From Octopus vulgaris (taxonomy: Eukaryota): a stretch of 64,000 nucleotides of DNA. The notes beneath the pieces are model-generated. The model saw only the letters and a list, made by a program, of their open reading frames with translations. It did not search any database and was not told where the DNA came from. The position numbers and the translations under genes are program-made. Below, piece after piece: positions 40,423 to 55,164 of the stretch; within the stretch, counting starts at the first letter, position 1; each line of letters starts with the position of its first letter. The DNA lies in the NCBI GenBank assembly GCA_951406725.2, contig OX597816.1, positions 141,980,001 to 142,044,000 on the forward strand. The letters run 5' to 3'.

Positions 40423-42300
40423 CCATCATTATTATTTTCACATTTATATTTCCATGCTGGCATGGGTTAGACATGTCTTCTTCAAAACAGAATCTCTCTA
40501 TTTGTTTCAATCATTCAGCATCTCCTCAGTGAAGTTCAGCATCTTCAGATCATCTTTTGCCACTTGTACCTATTTCTCCTCATCCCCACCTCAGTACTTT
40601 CTTTCCTCACTCATTTTTACCAATTGTTCCACTTAGCACTTCTTTACCCAACAGTATCCTCTCCCATATGTGATATCTGATTCCTCTTATGCTCAGTTTT
40701 TCTGAATTCATTTGTTCTCTGGCTTTCATGCACAACCAGTGGATCATTTCTTTCCAGCATTTACATACGTTCAACATTCAATGCCCATGTTTCACTATCA
40801 GGCATTACTGCACATTGTATACATGCTTATACAATTTGCCCTTTACTCAGGAAACAGACGCCCTTTATTGATAACGGAGATAATATCTCCCTAAACTTTC
40901 TCCTCCCACATTCTTACTCTGACAACTATACTTTTGGAGCACCTCTTCCTCAGCTAAATAGTTTACCTTGTTAAGAGAATCTTTTGACTACTGAGAACTT
41001 TAAAAGCATTGCTTACAGCTAACTATTCCTGTGTGTCAGTTATATGCAAAGTCTTCATTTTTGGTCAACTTACCTGTGATACTGTCATACTTTTACAAGT
41101 CCAAAGTTTCCACTTGATACATTTTATGGAATTTCTATCTACTGCCTTTCTGCAAATTGGGCATCACCAAATGGTCTACTTGTAGCTTCTCTTTGAACCA
41201 CATGCACCTGACATCTAACTTCTCTTACTCACAGTTCTCTGCTTCCTTTCAGTCTCTCCAGGCCCATATCTTAGCTTCTATGGCTCTGTTCTTTCATTCC
41301 ACCATCATGTAACCTTCTGTTTCACTGATATTTTGTTCCAGCCTCACAGTTGATAGGCGGCTTGCAATACATTGTCTTGTAGAAATTCCCAGTTGTCTTC
41401 TCTATATTATAGTTTCTATCTCCTTCTCCTTCTCTGCATATGTTTCCTGTAACTACTCTGAACTTATGTCTGGCAGAAAATTTATATCAGTTCTCATTCT
41501 TTCTCCAGACTGTCCTGTGTTTCTGAGTGCATCTAGCTTCTATTCTGAAGTTACTAATCAGTAGTCAATATTGATTGGACCATTCTTCACCAGGGAAAGA
41601 TCTAGTATTTTTTCAATACTCTGTTTATCTGATTTGTATGTTCACCTGATTGATTGGTGGTCAGATGGCTGGTTTATTTTCCTTTAGTTAGTGTTGCAGA
41701 TGATTGGTTCATTTGCATCATCAAACTCTAAGAGTCTTGATCCTTTCTCATTTTTGTATCATATTCATAGCTTCCTCGTACACCTAACTATCAATCATGT
41801 TGTTACCTAACAAGTCAATTAAAGTCCTCTGCTGTAATATCAAAGTTACTGTCATTCATTAATGAGGTATCTTGCAAGAGGGTCTCATAGAGATATGATC
41901 TTTCTCCTCATCTGTCAGCTCTGATTTGGATGTATGTACAGAAGTAATTGATGCTATTATGCTGCTCACATCTAAGTTTAATTATTCTGTCATACTCTGA
42001 TTACATACCCTGACTAATTACATTATCTATCCATTTCTCTGCCAACAGTATATCTACACCATTCATCAAAATCTTGTTATCAATACAGAAGAAGTGTTTC
42101 CTTTGTTTGGGAAGAATCTAGCTAATGCTCCTCTCCATCTAACCTCTTGTACACAGTGCACATTCAGTCATCTCTGCTCCAGTATTTTTGTACGTTTTTC
42201 AGATCTATCTTTCATTGCACTGGCACTCATGAAGGTAGCACTAAGGTTTTGTACCAATAACCAGTCATGGGTGGATTGTTATATAATATCTGTTTTTAGC
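40391..42300 (-). mobile_element. Old, heavily degraded RTE LINE including an APE endonuclease remnant and (CAT)n tail
   Basis: Minus strand NVHCVQEVRWRGA near 42125-42165; LLEFDDAN near 41710-41735; tail at 40391-40475. Confidence 0.65.
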
Positions 42301-45193
42301 ATTTGAAATAGTTTTTATAATTGTTTGATAACAATAAAAGGGTTCTCATACATTGTTACATGTTTTCACCTGACCAATCTCCTACCAAGCACAACATTGA
42401 TATCGTGTTAGTCCTGTATATGCAATTAAGGTTTTGCTTTGATTTGATTGTCATGTTTTAATGCATTTTTACAGCTAGAGGGCCCTTTCTGTCACCAACA
42501 TCTTTACATCATGAGTTGGGAGCATTTATATTGTTTCACCAGCACCAGAGGTCTGTCAGAACTAAATCTTCCCCTCTACATTGTATCAATTTTATTCAGG
42601 ATTGCTGCTCTTCAATATACATTGTCTTCATTATGGCTTAAAAAGCTGTGTTTCTCCTGTGCAGAATTTTCAGACTTTCTGTACTCCTTACATTAAAGTC
42701 AGCTTCATTATGGCTCACATCTATCAGTAATTCTGCTAAGAGTACTGATACTGAGGAACTAAGAAAACAAGTGGGAGGAAGGAGAGGGCTGGTGATTTTG
42801 TTTGGAGTGAATGAATTCCTTGAAACTGAAGAAAGATGAAGGAGAAACTCACAATAGACTGGCTGTTATGATAATTGCAGCGTATGAAATTCTACAAATG
42901 GAAATTTGGGACAGCTTGTAGTATATTGGTAGTTTGCTGTAATTAAAGAGTGGCTAGCCTGTAGTACCAGGGTGGGTACTAGTAGTAATTCAGAGCAGAA
43001 GTTAACCCATTTTGCTTGTTCAGACAGAATTTGCAAATATTCCTTTAATAGATGGGATTTTACTCAAGAATAGATAGTGGCAGCAGCAGCAGATTTTTCT
43101 GAAAAATAAGCAGCAGATAATTTCTGAAAGTTATAATTTCTAAGATAATAAATAAATAATGATACTTTACTTACTTTAATTACATATAAATACATAAACT
43201 AATTGATACAAAATCTCATTATACAAACAAATCTTTGCACACTTAGTCCAAACAAGTAGAGTAGAGGTGGGAGTCTTTATGTAGTTACTCAATCTATTAG
43301 TTGTAGAAAACAGATCTCCCTCAGGTCTCCTCCTGGGTTGGGAAGGGAGAGAGTGACATATTGCACAAGTAGTCTTAGGTATCACTAAAAACAGATAAAA
43401 TATTAATTATGATGGCCTGACTTTATTGATTTCTAGCATAGACACAAGGCTGCATGTTTAAGGAGTATTATCAATTCAACAAATCCCAGTAATTGATCAG
43501 TATTTATTCTATCAATCCTTGGAGATTGAAAGATAAAGTAAATTTTGCAAGACTTGAAATAAGGCCATTAAAGAATGCAACTAAATGCCAGGTAGTATTC
43601 TGTGCTATGTTTTACTGAATTTGCCATCTCATCATCTTCCAGAGACTAAATTATACTAAGGTCTAATGTAATCACATTGTTATAAATTATGAAGAGAGGT
43701 ACAAAATTTGACTAGTACAAAATACAGTTACCATTGACTATAATATATTCTAAAGAATCTGGCTGTGAATGTTTGCTTTATTTAAATGCTTCATTCCTTA
43801 TTAGTTGCACTAAAACAGTAATATAGATTTTTCTTTTATAAGTTACAAGAATAACTTCTAATTAATAATTGTAAATATATAATAATTGAGAAATCACCAG
43901 ATTTATAAATTCTATTTAAATTCTATATAAAATGTTACCATAATAAATTCTATATAAAATCTTACTCCTCACCTGGGCCTGCAAATGCTTTTGATTTCTC
44001 CTCTTTGATACTAGCTCAGAATTCAATAATGAATTTTCAGCACTGATTCATCTCAACAGCTAGCATTTATTTACATTATATTTTGAATTATTAAAATAAC
44101 ATTCAAATTAAGAAATAATTAAAAATTAGTAAGTTTTGTTGTGTTTTGCACTATTTATAAATGTTCATATTCAATGTTATAGAATTTGAAATTTATTATT
44201 TTATATTGAAACAAATGCATTTTTATTGCTACTTTCTGTTTATGCTGTGGGCATAAATAAATGCAGAAATTTCTAATCAAACATTTTGAAAGATTCTAGA
44301 AGAAAAAAGGAAATTCATCAAAGTTAGCTTTGGGGTAAAATTGATTCTCTTTAAAATTGCAAATAAATGATTTAAATGAAATAAACCAGAAAATAAATTA
44401 CAATGTAAGCGATGTATTCATTCAATATTTGAATACTTCAGCATGATGACACTGTCCTAAGTACAAACTTTGTTGATTTTTATATATGGTCAGGCAACAA
44501 AGAATTTTCAACTGAGAATAAATCAATGAGAGTTCATTATCATGTCATGGTTATCAAAAGAATTTAATTTTAAAATACTGTAAGAAACATATAGTATCAA
44601 CTTTTGATTAATCATCATCAATATCCTCCCTCTCTCTCTCTTCCTCCTCTCATTCGGCTCCATTGCCTTCTCCTCCCCATTACTATCCTCCTCACCTCCC
44701 TTCCTCCTTAACAGCTTTGAATGTATTTCCTGTTCAACTTTGTTACAAATCTGGTGAAAGATTTGGTCACTTCTTGATGTAAACTTATCAGTCATCATAG
44801 TCTGTAAAAGTATTATAAAATAATATCTACACAATGGAACTGATCTGGAAACACTTCTTATGAAGTTTTTGGTTTTTGAGGTTTTACAGAGAGGGGAAAC
44901 CAACACTTTTTGATCAATGCAGAAAATGATGTCAGCAATCTTTGAGCATGTGCACTACATAAATGTTGATGGTTATGAAGTTGTAAAACTCAGGTAATAG
45001 AAGTTATAGTGAAGCATTCATAGAAATCAATATTGTATTGGAATATTTTGTTTCTTGTGGTTGATCTTAATAATACAAGTTAACTACAATAAAAAAAACA
45101 TTGAATGAAATTATCTGAATATAGGATTGCTTTTCATGAATTGCTGTTGGATTGTAAGAGGTATGTAAGAAACCTTGTAAATAATTTTTTTAA

Positions 45194-45411
45194 CCCTAAA
45201 GCACTCAGATTATGTTGTCAAATGTAATACCAATTTATTCACATTGCTTTGATTTAATCATCCATTATCTTGTTGCTTCAAGAGTTCTGTGAGGATCATT
45301 TACTTTTAGAATGACATTGTAGGATAGGTATGACAAGCCAGATTTGACCAGTTTGAACATAAAACAGGAAGAAATTTTGGACTTGATGTGGTCAGTTTAA
45401 TTACTAAAGGG
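45194..45411. mobile_element. piggyBac-type MITE (second copy)
   Basis: TTAA|ccctaaagcact...ttactaaaggg|TTAA; homologous to 21300-21521. Confidence 0.8.
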
Positions 45412-46261
45412 TTAAACCAGTGAATTTTGTCACTTGTAATAAAATATTTATAGATTTAACTTCTTTAATATTTTTATTGAAGAAGTCAATAAAAGTCAAT
45501 AGAAGTCAATACCACCCATTGAGACAATCTAATTTTTTAAATATTATTTTCAAAATTAGGTTTACATTTGTACTAAGGTTTAAATCTGTGCTAAGGTTTA
45601 AATCAAGGACATGTGGCTCAGAAGGTATGGTATTCAGCTCATAAAATTAAGGTCATGAGTTCAATTCCCAGCAGTGCATTGTGTCCTTGAGCAAGACACT
45701 TTATTTCATATTGCTTCAGTCCACTCAGCTGGCAAAAATATGTTGTAACTGTTATTCAAAGGGCCATCCTTGTCACATTTTGCATCATGCTGACTCATCC
45801 TAAGAACTATGTTTAGAATACACATGTCTGTGGAGCACTCATGATAATTCCACGAGCAGGCTGTTCCATTGATCAGATCAAGTGCCAGTTAGTTACAGCA
45901 GAGACAATGCTTAATTTTTGTATCAAAATTATATTTTGTATCAATGTTTACTTATATATTAACCCTTTTGACACCAACCCATCTGAAACTTTCTCTAGAT
46001 TCTATGATTCAAACTACCACTTTTAAATTGATTTAAATTAAAATCTTCCATCAAAATTCCATTTTAATTTATCTTCTAAACATCAGCTTAACAATGACAA
46101 ACTTACTTAACTAAATTCTTCATTATTTTGGAAAATAAGTTGAAAGACAAAGTATTTCAACTGAAATATGGTAACAAAATTGATGTTTAGATTTGTTTTA
46201 GGGCTCACTTATGTCAATGTTTACATTTATATCAAAGTTTACACTTGTAAAAAATCCCCAG

Positions 46262-48617
46262 TGTAGAAAGTCACCAATTTAGTGAAAGATTACCACTTAC
46301 TGAGGGTGCATATATTGTGTGAAAGTTGGTTGAAGGAAAAATATCAGAAAGCATTTTTTATGACGAAAATATTTTTTAATTAACAAGAGCTGACAAGTAG
46401 TAAGAGTGTAGCTTGTGTGTGTGAGTCATGTAAAGTTGTTATCACTTATGTTAGAAATAAGAATTTAGTGGTAAGTCGAGAGGCAATATAATTCAGAGTT
46501 AGCTGCGCAAAGTTGATGCGCAAGTGAAAAGCTGTTCATGGTATTACCAGTTGAGATATGATATAATTCAGAGTTAACTGTGCAAAGTTGATATGAAAAT
46601 GAAAAGCTGTTCCATGTTGAAAGAGAGATGTTACTCTTCTGCTGGCTATCCACTAACTGATTTAAAACTCCCCCTTCTCTGCTAAGGCAGAGAACTGCCT
46701 CTAGTATTCATATGTGCCCAACCCTGATTGGCTGGAGTACACCATAGCACAACTGTGCTATGATACGACAACAAAACTAGCTTTCCTGATTTGCTACATT
46801 ACCCCCTGCTCAGACTACAAGTCAATAAAAGCAACAGTAATGGGGCAAGAAAGAAGATGATAATGCAGAATGAAATGTTCAAACAAGGGAAAATCATGAG
46901 TAAATCAAGAAAAGCAATATTACAAATGCCAGAAAAGGCATGTATACAAAAATGAGAAAATGACAGGCACTTAGGGCAAGATCATATATATATATACAGT
47001 CTGACGGGCCAGGATCCAATAAGATCAATATGGGTGTAACAGAAGCATGCATCTGATATGCTAAAGGTGCCGAGGGGTACACCATTGACAGTGGGCAGTG
47101 GAGGCAATATCAAGACCAGTCAGTGATGTCATGCCTCATGTTGGCCACAAGAATCTAGCCATAATGAGCTTCACTGAAGTTGAGGCTCCAGGATGCAATA
47201 GATTAGGCAGGGCTTCAGAAACAACTTGTCTGTGGATCTCTGGAATGAAGGGACAAGGTGAATCTGTTGATATGTCACACAGGATCTGCTTGGCAGAGAT
47301 TGGCACTGGAAAATATTTGAATTTGCACATTGCAAGTTCAGGAGAAGAGAACTTGGTTGAGTCCAGAGGAGGTTGATCTGAGGACAAAACATTCAGGTGG
47401 ATATCTACATTGGATGCTAAAGAATTGATCGGCAGATGAGACAATGCATCTGCAGAAGTGTTTTGTGCACTGGAGATGTGTTGAGCATCGTTAGTGAATT
47501 GTGATATAATGTCAAGGTGTCGAGTCTCTCTTGGTGAGTACATTCCTGGCTTGGACTGCAAGGCAAAGGTAAGAGATTTGCATGTGTTGCTGATGAAATT
47601 GCTGTAAAACAACATCGATTGCAGCGCCTTGATATATCAACCACAAGCAAAAGCTTTGCATTGGAGACAGAGTATGCAAGGAGAGTTGCTTTAGAAGTTC
47701 GTGTTTCACAGCATCAAAAGCTTTGGTTTGAGTAGGAGTCAGTGAAATGGCTTCATTCTTCATGCATCAGTTCTGGAGAAGCTCAGTGAGTGGAGACAGG
47801 GGTCCAGAGCAGTGAGGAATGAATAGACAATAGAAGTTAAGTTAGCCAAAGAAGTGGTGTAACTGATGAAGGGAAGTTGTTGGAGGAGTGTCCTCGATAA
47901 CTTGAACTTTATGTGGTAGAAGTCGAATGCCATCTTTGTCTATGATGTGAACATAGTGGGGAGCAGGAAAATTAATCCTAAGTGAAGACAGATATGCACA
48001 TTGAGTCCAGCTGGCAAGAAGGGTAGCCATATTGAAAACAAATGCACCCACATAGTTTAAGTGAAAAATAAAGTTAGTGTGTTACATATGTCGCTAGTGG
48101 TTTGTTTGTTTTCTTTGAAAAATATTTCTCTAAAGAAATATTTTTTATGTCGGGTCATCACCAATGTAAAAAAGTCACCAATTTGAGAGAAAGGTCACCA
48201 GTTAGTGAGGATATATTTATTGTGTGAAAATTGGTAAAAGGAAAAATTTCAGAAGGCAATTTTTATAGCGATAATATTTTATTAATTAACAAGAGCTGAC
48301 AAGTAATAGGAGTGTAGCCTCTGTGTATGTGTGGGACAGGGAAAGCTATTATCACTTACATTAGAAATAAGAATTTAGTGGTAAGTCAAGAACCGATAAA
48401 ATTCTGAGTTAGCTGCACGAAGTTGATGTACAAATAAAAAGCTGTTCCATGTTGAAAGAGAGATGTTACTCTTCTGCTGGCTATCCGATAACTGATTTAA
48501 AACTCCCACTTCTCTGCTAGGGCAGAGAACTGCTTCTATTATTCATACGTGCCCAGCCCTGATTGGCTGGAGTATGCCATAGCACAACTGTGGTATGATG
48601 CAACAACAAAAATAGCT
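46262..48617 (-). mobile_element. Internally deleted Gypsy LTR retrotransposon (LTRs 46262-46798 and 48165-48617)
   Basis: Direct repeats beginning tgta(g/a)aaagtcaccaattt; minus-strand PBS TGGTGATGACCCGAC (48149-48163, tRNA-Trp-like); PPT cagggggtaa (46799-46808); pol remnants GIRLLPHKVQVI, ADALS, LLHPGASTSVKLIMARFLWP. Confidence 0.88.
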
Positions 48618-49879
48618 TATGTCAATGTTTTCATTCATATTATTTACTTTTGTATAAATGTTCACATTTGTATCAATGTTTATCATTTACATATGTTCAC
48701 ATACTCATCAAAGTTTACATCATTTATCAATATTTACATTAGTATCAAGAAGGCAATGACCTGAAGAATCATTAACACTTCACAAAAAATGCTTAGTGGT
48801 ATTTCGTCTGTCTTTACATTCTGGATTCAAATGCTGTCAGTGTCAACTACATCTTTCATCTTTTTGGGGGTCAATAGACTAAGTACCAGTTGATTACTGA
48901 GACTGATGTAATCAACTTAACCCCTCTCCTAAAATTGCTGGCCCTTAGATTTACATTTGTATAAATGTTTACATTTGTATCATTATATATTTCTGTATAA
49001 ATATTCACATTTGTACATTGATTACATTTGTACCATGGTTCACATTTATATCAACGTTTATATCTGTATCAAAGGTTTACTTTTTTTATCAACATTTATG
49101 TTTATATCAAGATTTATATGTGTGATAAGCTTTACATTTGTAGCAAGGTTTGAATATATCACTATATTTACTGACTTCTGAAAATTGAATGTTTTCCTGT
49201 GTGCATATGTGTGTGCACACACATGCATATGGGTGTGTGTGAAGAGAGCAAGAGAGAGAGAGAGAGAGACAGTGAGAAAGATTAACAATATATTTGAGAA
49301 CTAAATGTAAAACAAGAAAAAGGTATAGCAATATGGATCACAGTTCCATATATCATTCATTCCTTTAAAAATATTTGTGAGGTGGTGAATGTGATATTAA
49401 TCTACTCTCAATACATTTAATGTAATCAAACAGAATGCACATATAGCTATTTATTTTAATTTTTATATATGAAATATATTTTCTATTTTAATAAACTTAA
49501 TACTTTTGGTTGGAGGAAATGCAAATAAGCAAGGGGCCTTGTTACAGGTTGTTTAATTTTCATTTAATATGTTTTTCAGTCTTCTATACTGAATTAATAT
49601 TGACTAGATTCATATCATCCATGAAATGCTAAACATTGCTTGTTTGAATAGTTGCGTGTAAGTCATTGATATGTGCTAGAAGTAGGGGACAAAGAACTGA
49701 GTTTTGGGGAATCTCGTGAGTAAATGTCTGAATGAAAACCTACTACAGAAATATGTTGTTTACAATTTGATAAATAAAGCAGATTTTAACCAAGCACTGC
49801 TCCTCTAATATCCCCAAAATTTTACACACACACACACATATATATATACACACATATATACATACTTATATACACACAC

Positions 49880-49933
<54 letters not shown>

Positions 49934-50430
49934 ATAACAGCATGTAAATGTTGGGTTGAAAAATTTTTTGAGATGGAAAAATGGTATCCTTTGACATTTT
50001 CTATGATATTTATAACTTTAAGTGTGTTTCAAGATATTCCCAAAAAGAATTAGTTCATGTTCTCTCCAAAGTTTCTAAAATTATTATGACATCGATTATA
50101 TATATATATATATATATATATAGATATATATATATATATAAACATAATCATATAAGAATCCATGAACCAGAAAAATATGCACTTGTACATTTGTCAACAG
50201 AGTTTGTACATTAATCAATGCATACAGAATTATATATTCATTATAGCTGATCGTACTAATCAGTTTTGCACAGGGTATTAAAGTACATATAACAGCCTGG
50301 TTATGCAACATATCTATTTTTATATATACATATATATATAGAATAATGCATACATACGCACACACAAACACATTATATATATATATATATATATATATTT
50401 CCATATATTATATATATATATACATACACT

Positions 50431-50468
<38 letters not shown>

Positions 50469-50469
<1 letters not shown>

Positions 50470-51402
50470 TGTTTCAAATGAAATGTCGCATTTTTAATTA
50501 CTTGTTATTTCAGTCATTTAAAAGCTCAATTATGTATACCTTGCAGTTAATCTTGACTCTTTTTCTTTCCCAACAATACTGGTATACAAAATTCGTGCCC
50601 ACAGACCTTATGAAAATGATAACAACCAAACTATGTTGAGAGATTTTCTTGTATGAGTACAAACTCGGTCACTCTGCTGTAGAAGCTCTATGGAATATCA
50701 AGTGGAGCTTTGGTAATGGTTTTGTTGACATCAGAATATTCAGAGATGCTTCCAAAGCTCTTGTTCAAGAGATGAAAATAAACCAAGGAGTAGGCCAAAA
50801 TCAGTTATTTAGCATGATGGATTAAAGGCTTTATTTGAACAAAATCCAAGAACAAAGGTTCAAAAACTTTCATCAGAACTCCAAACATCATGGACAACTG
50901 TTTATGGACGCCTGTAAAAAATTAGAAAAGTCAAGAAAATGGATAGATTTGTTCCATATCAAATGAACGAGATTCAAGAAAACAGACGTCTCAAAGTGTG
51001 CTCCTTATTGCTTTCTTAACTGGAAAAAGACCATTTTTGCATGAAATCATCACTTGTGATGAGAAATAGATACTCTCTGACAACAGCAGGAGAACAGGAC
51101 AGTGATTAGATGCAGGAAAGCCCCCTAAATACTACCCAAACCCACTATTGTACCCTAAAAAGTTAGTGGTCTCTGTATGGTGGTCTGTGAAAGGAATTAT
51201 TCATTATTCATTTTTGCAACAAGGTAAAATGGAAGCAGCAACATTGTATTGTCAGGAAAGTGATTGTATGCATGAGAATTCAAAAAAGAAGCAACCCAGA
51301 CTAGTGAATAGAAATGGCCCAATTTTGCTCCACAGTAATGCACGTCCTCACCACGTTCTCACACTCCTCAATGTATATATACACATAAACATACACACTT
51401 CT

Positions 51403-51442
<40 letters not shown>

Positions 51443-51870
51443 ATGGTCATATAAGAATCCATAAGCCAGAAAAATATGCACTTGTACATTTGTCAGCAGA
51501 GTTTGTACATTAATCAACACATGCAGAATTATATATTCATTATGGCTAACCCTGAATTATGAGATTTTACAACATTCTCCCTATTCTCTCGATATCTCTC
51601 CTACTGATCATCACTTATTTAAGCATATTGAGCTTTTCATAAGCAATAAAATATTCTTAAATAGAGAAGAGGTAATTGAAGCATTCAGACAGTTTATAAC
51701 AGGAAAAGATGAATTTTTTTTGAAGATGGAATATATGACATAGAGAAATATTGGGTAAACATCATAAATGAATATGGATCAAATTTTTATTAAATAAATC
51801 AGTTCTCCAACACTTCTGAAACATTTCTTTGTTACCTTTCAAATACAACATTTCATGTGAAACAACCTAA
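50469..51870 (+). mobile_element. Full-length degenerate mariner transposon
   Basis: TIRs ttgtttcaaatgaaatgt / acatttcatgtgaaacaa in TA context; FLYEYKLGHSA, ITCDEK, SVWWSVKGIIHY, LLHSNARPH, SPYSLDISPTDHHLF; many stops. Confidence 0.9.
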
Positions 51871-51873
51871 TAT

Positions 51874-52330
51874 ATCATCATCATCATTTCATCATCATCA
51901 TTTAACGTCCACTTTCCATGCTGGCATGGGTTGGATGGTTTGATTGAGGACTGGTGAGCCAGAGGCTGCACAAGGCTCAATCTGATCTAGCAAAGTTTCT
52001 ACAGCTGGATACCCTTCCTAACAACAACTACTCCATGAGTGTAGTGGGTGCATTTACGTGCCACTGGCATGAGGGCCAGTCAGGTGGTTCTGGAAACGAC
52101 CATGCTCAAAAGGTGTTTTTACATGCTACCTGCACAGGAACCAGTCCAGCGGCACTGGCAACAACCACACTCAAATGTTGTTTTTCACGTGCCACCAGCA
52201 CATGTGCCAGTAAGGCAACACTGGCAATGATCATGCTCGAATGGTGCTTTTCACATTTCACTGGCACGGGAGCCAATCCATGGCCCTGGCAACAATCATG
52301 TTCAAATGTGCTTTTAACATTCCACTGGCA
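51874..52330 (-). mobile_element. RTE 3'-UTR tail fragment with diverged ~60-bp units
   Basis: (CAT)n-ttaacgtccactttccatgctggcatggg and gtgccactggca units. Confidence 0.85.
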
Positions 52331-52348
52331 TGAGTGTATATATGTATG

Positions 52349-52406
<58 letters not shown>

Positions 52407-52594
52407 TATGCATATATATAAACATATATATATATATATACACATATATATGCATATATATACACATACATATCCATAGAAGGCAGATATTAAATTATGA
52501 TGATGATGATATTCATATATATACATACACACACACACATATACACATATATACATATATATGCACATATATATACACACACATATATATACAA

Positions 52595-52663
<69 letters not shown>

Positions 52664-54128
52664 CATACATATATATACACATACATACATAAATATACAT
52701 ATACATCCATATATGTACATATATACATACATATATACTTTTACATATACACATATCTACATAAACATGTACATGCAAATATATGTATGCTTGTATGTAT
52801 GTATGTATGTATGTATGTATGTATGTATGTATGTATTGATAGAAGCACTACAAATTTATTAAATCATGTGTGAGCATGCACTCCATGAATTTGGTAAAAA
52901 TTGTCATTATTGTTTATGCAGTGGAGACTACTTGCGGCAAGATATTTTAAAGAAACCAAATGTTTAGTCAGAGCAGAATGGATGAAATCTAATCCAATTG
53001 GTTAGATACAATGGATCTGCCAGCTTGAGTATAAACAAACTGATATCTATTGAAGAAATAATCTCTTATCTACTCCATTAATATTACATATAACTCCTAT
53101 TTAGTGAATATTTGAAGTAGTTAATTGAATGAAAAGCGTTAGCAATATCCTGTTAAATATACTGATTGTGCTCTTAAGACTGAACTATGTAGACAGTTTA
53201 TCAATACAAGATATGAATTGGATTATTGTCGAATACACAGAAATGCACACAGATCAGTTCAGATTGTTTACTTCACAGTAATTTTACAAATTATTGATTC
53301 AAGAAAGTTAGTTGTAAAATTTCAGCTTCGTTGATTTGAAAATTCAGCAATATAAAAACAATTATCTTTATTTATTTTGAGATGATGTGGAGATAAATGA
53401 TGCAGTTATTTATGAAAAATAAAAGAGAAAAATAGAACAGTGAAAAACTAACTGAGACCCTAATGTGTTGTTGAAGCAATGCTTAATAGCAAAAATAAAG
53501 ATAACAACCAGAATTCAATTATAGATAACATTGTAAGGGGGTTTATTTTCATTTGTATCACAGAAATACATCTTTCAACCAAAATATCTTACAAAGTTGA
53601 TCAAATACTCAATTTTGATCAAATTAGTTGAATTTACAGAATATTTTCTGCATGTCTTTATTCTTAAAATGCAGTTTAACAGACTGAATAAGAACCTATT
53701 TAATGTTATTATAAAGTGCCAATAAGACAGGAGTCACTTGTATCTTCAACCCACAAGATTCCATATGAATGATTATTTAATTTCAATTTGTGCTAAGAAA
53801 TTCTCACTTTTTCCTTTTAAATGTCATGGCTATATTCAATTAATGCTAAACTGAAGCTATAGCACCTGCCAAATGTTAGTAGCAACAAGAAAATATCTAT
53901 TCATCTCAAAGGTTTTCAGAATGTGTGTGTGTGGAAGAAGAGAAGGGGAAGAAGGAAAGCAACAAAGCAATTTTATGGCGCTCTAAATTATGTGACAGTT
54001 CACAAGTTGAAAATCTGATATAATTATATTACCGAGATTTTTTATCATTATGATATGTATATGTATATATATATATATATATCATGCTAGCATGGAAAGT
54101 GGACGTTAAACGATGATGATGATGATGA

Positions 54129-54163
<35 letters not shown>

Positions 54164-54236
54164 GGAGATATATATACGTGAAACTCAGATTAACAGGTTT
54201 TGTTGAATTTTCTGCTGCTTTAAATAAAGTATATAG

Positions 54237-54321
<85 letters not shown>

Positions 54322-55164
54322 GTGGGAATGTGCTTCAGGGGGACTTTCAAAACATTTTGATGCATTTCATTATATCATGTTACCTTTATTTCTATATAGA
54401 GACATAGTCACTCAAATTTAATTGAAAATCCAGTAATATACGCAACTATTGTTTGTTGTCCTATACTACAATTGTTGTCTTACATTAAAATTCTGTTATT
54501 TATTCCAACTGAACAATGGATAAATTTTAAAAAAAAAAAAAATTTAAATAATCTTCTATTTCACTGAATTTACTTGTAGTTAAGTATAATTAGAGTTGTA
54601 TTGAGACAAAAATTCCATTATAGATTTATGTAAGAACCTTTTGTTAAGTTTTGTTTCAAACATCACTTTAATATGTCAATAAACATAAAAGTTATGGTTG
54701 TTTTTGAAAATAGTCTGAACACACAATAATTTTACAATTTAAATGAAATGCACAGGTTGTGTATTCTGGTGAGAAATACAGTAATGGCTGTGAATATGTC
54801 TTCCCGCTCACATGGGAATTAATAAATGAATATTATAACAATAACTCAGAATTGCACATACATTTAGAGATATTTTGATACCTCTTAATTATTCAAACTT
54901 ACTCGCTATATAGACACTTTAAAACACCCTCAAATCAACTCTGAAATGTTATAAAATGTGAGAACTTATACGAAATGTTCTCTACTAAAATGTAGGTGCT
55001 TTTGTTGAGAAACTACATTTCTAAATGGCACCTCTAAATGGCACATTTCTAAAGTAGGCTGAATTCAGGAGTTCACTTCTGCCAGCTATTATAAGATGTT
55101 TGCTGCCTCTAAAATTCTGTGTTATATCATTCTAGCAGAAATTCTATTTTGGCTTTCATGCATC

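Noticed and set aside
44523-44906. 127-aa minus-strand ORF
   Set aside because: Its charged segment comes from the CT-rich tract; no domain recognised
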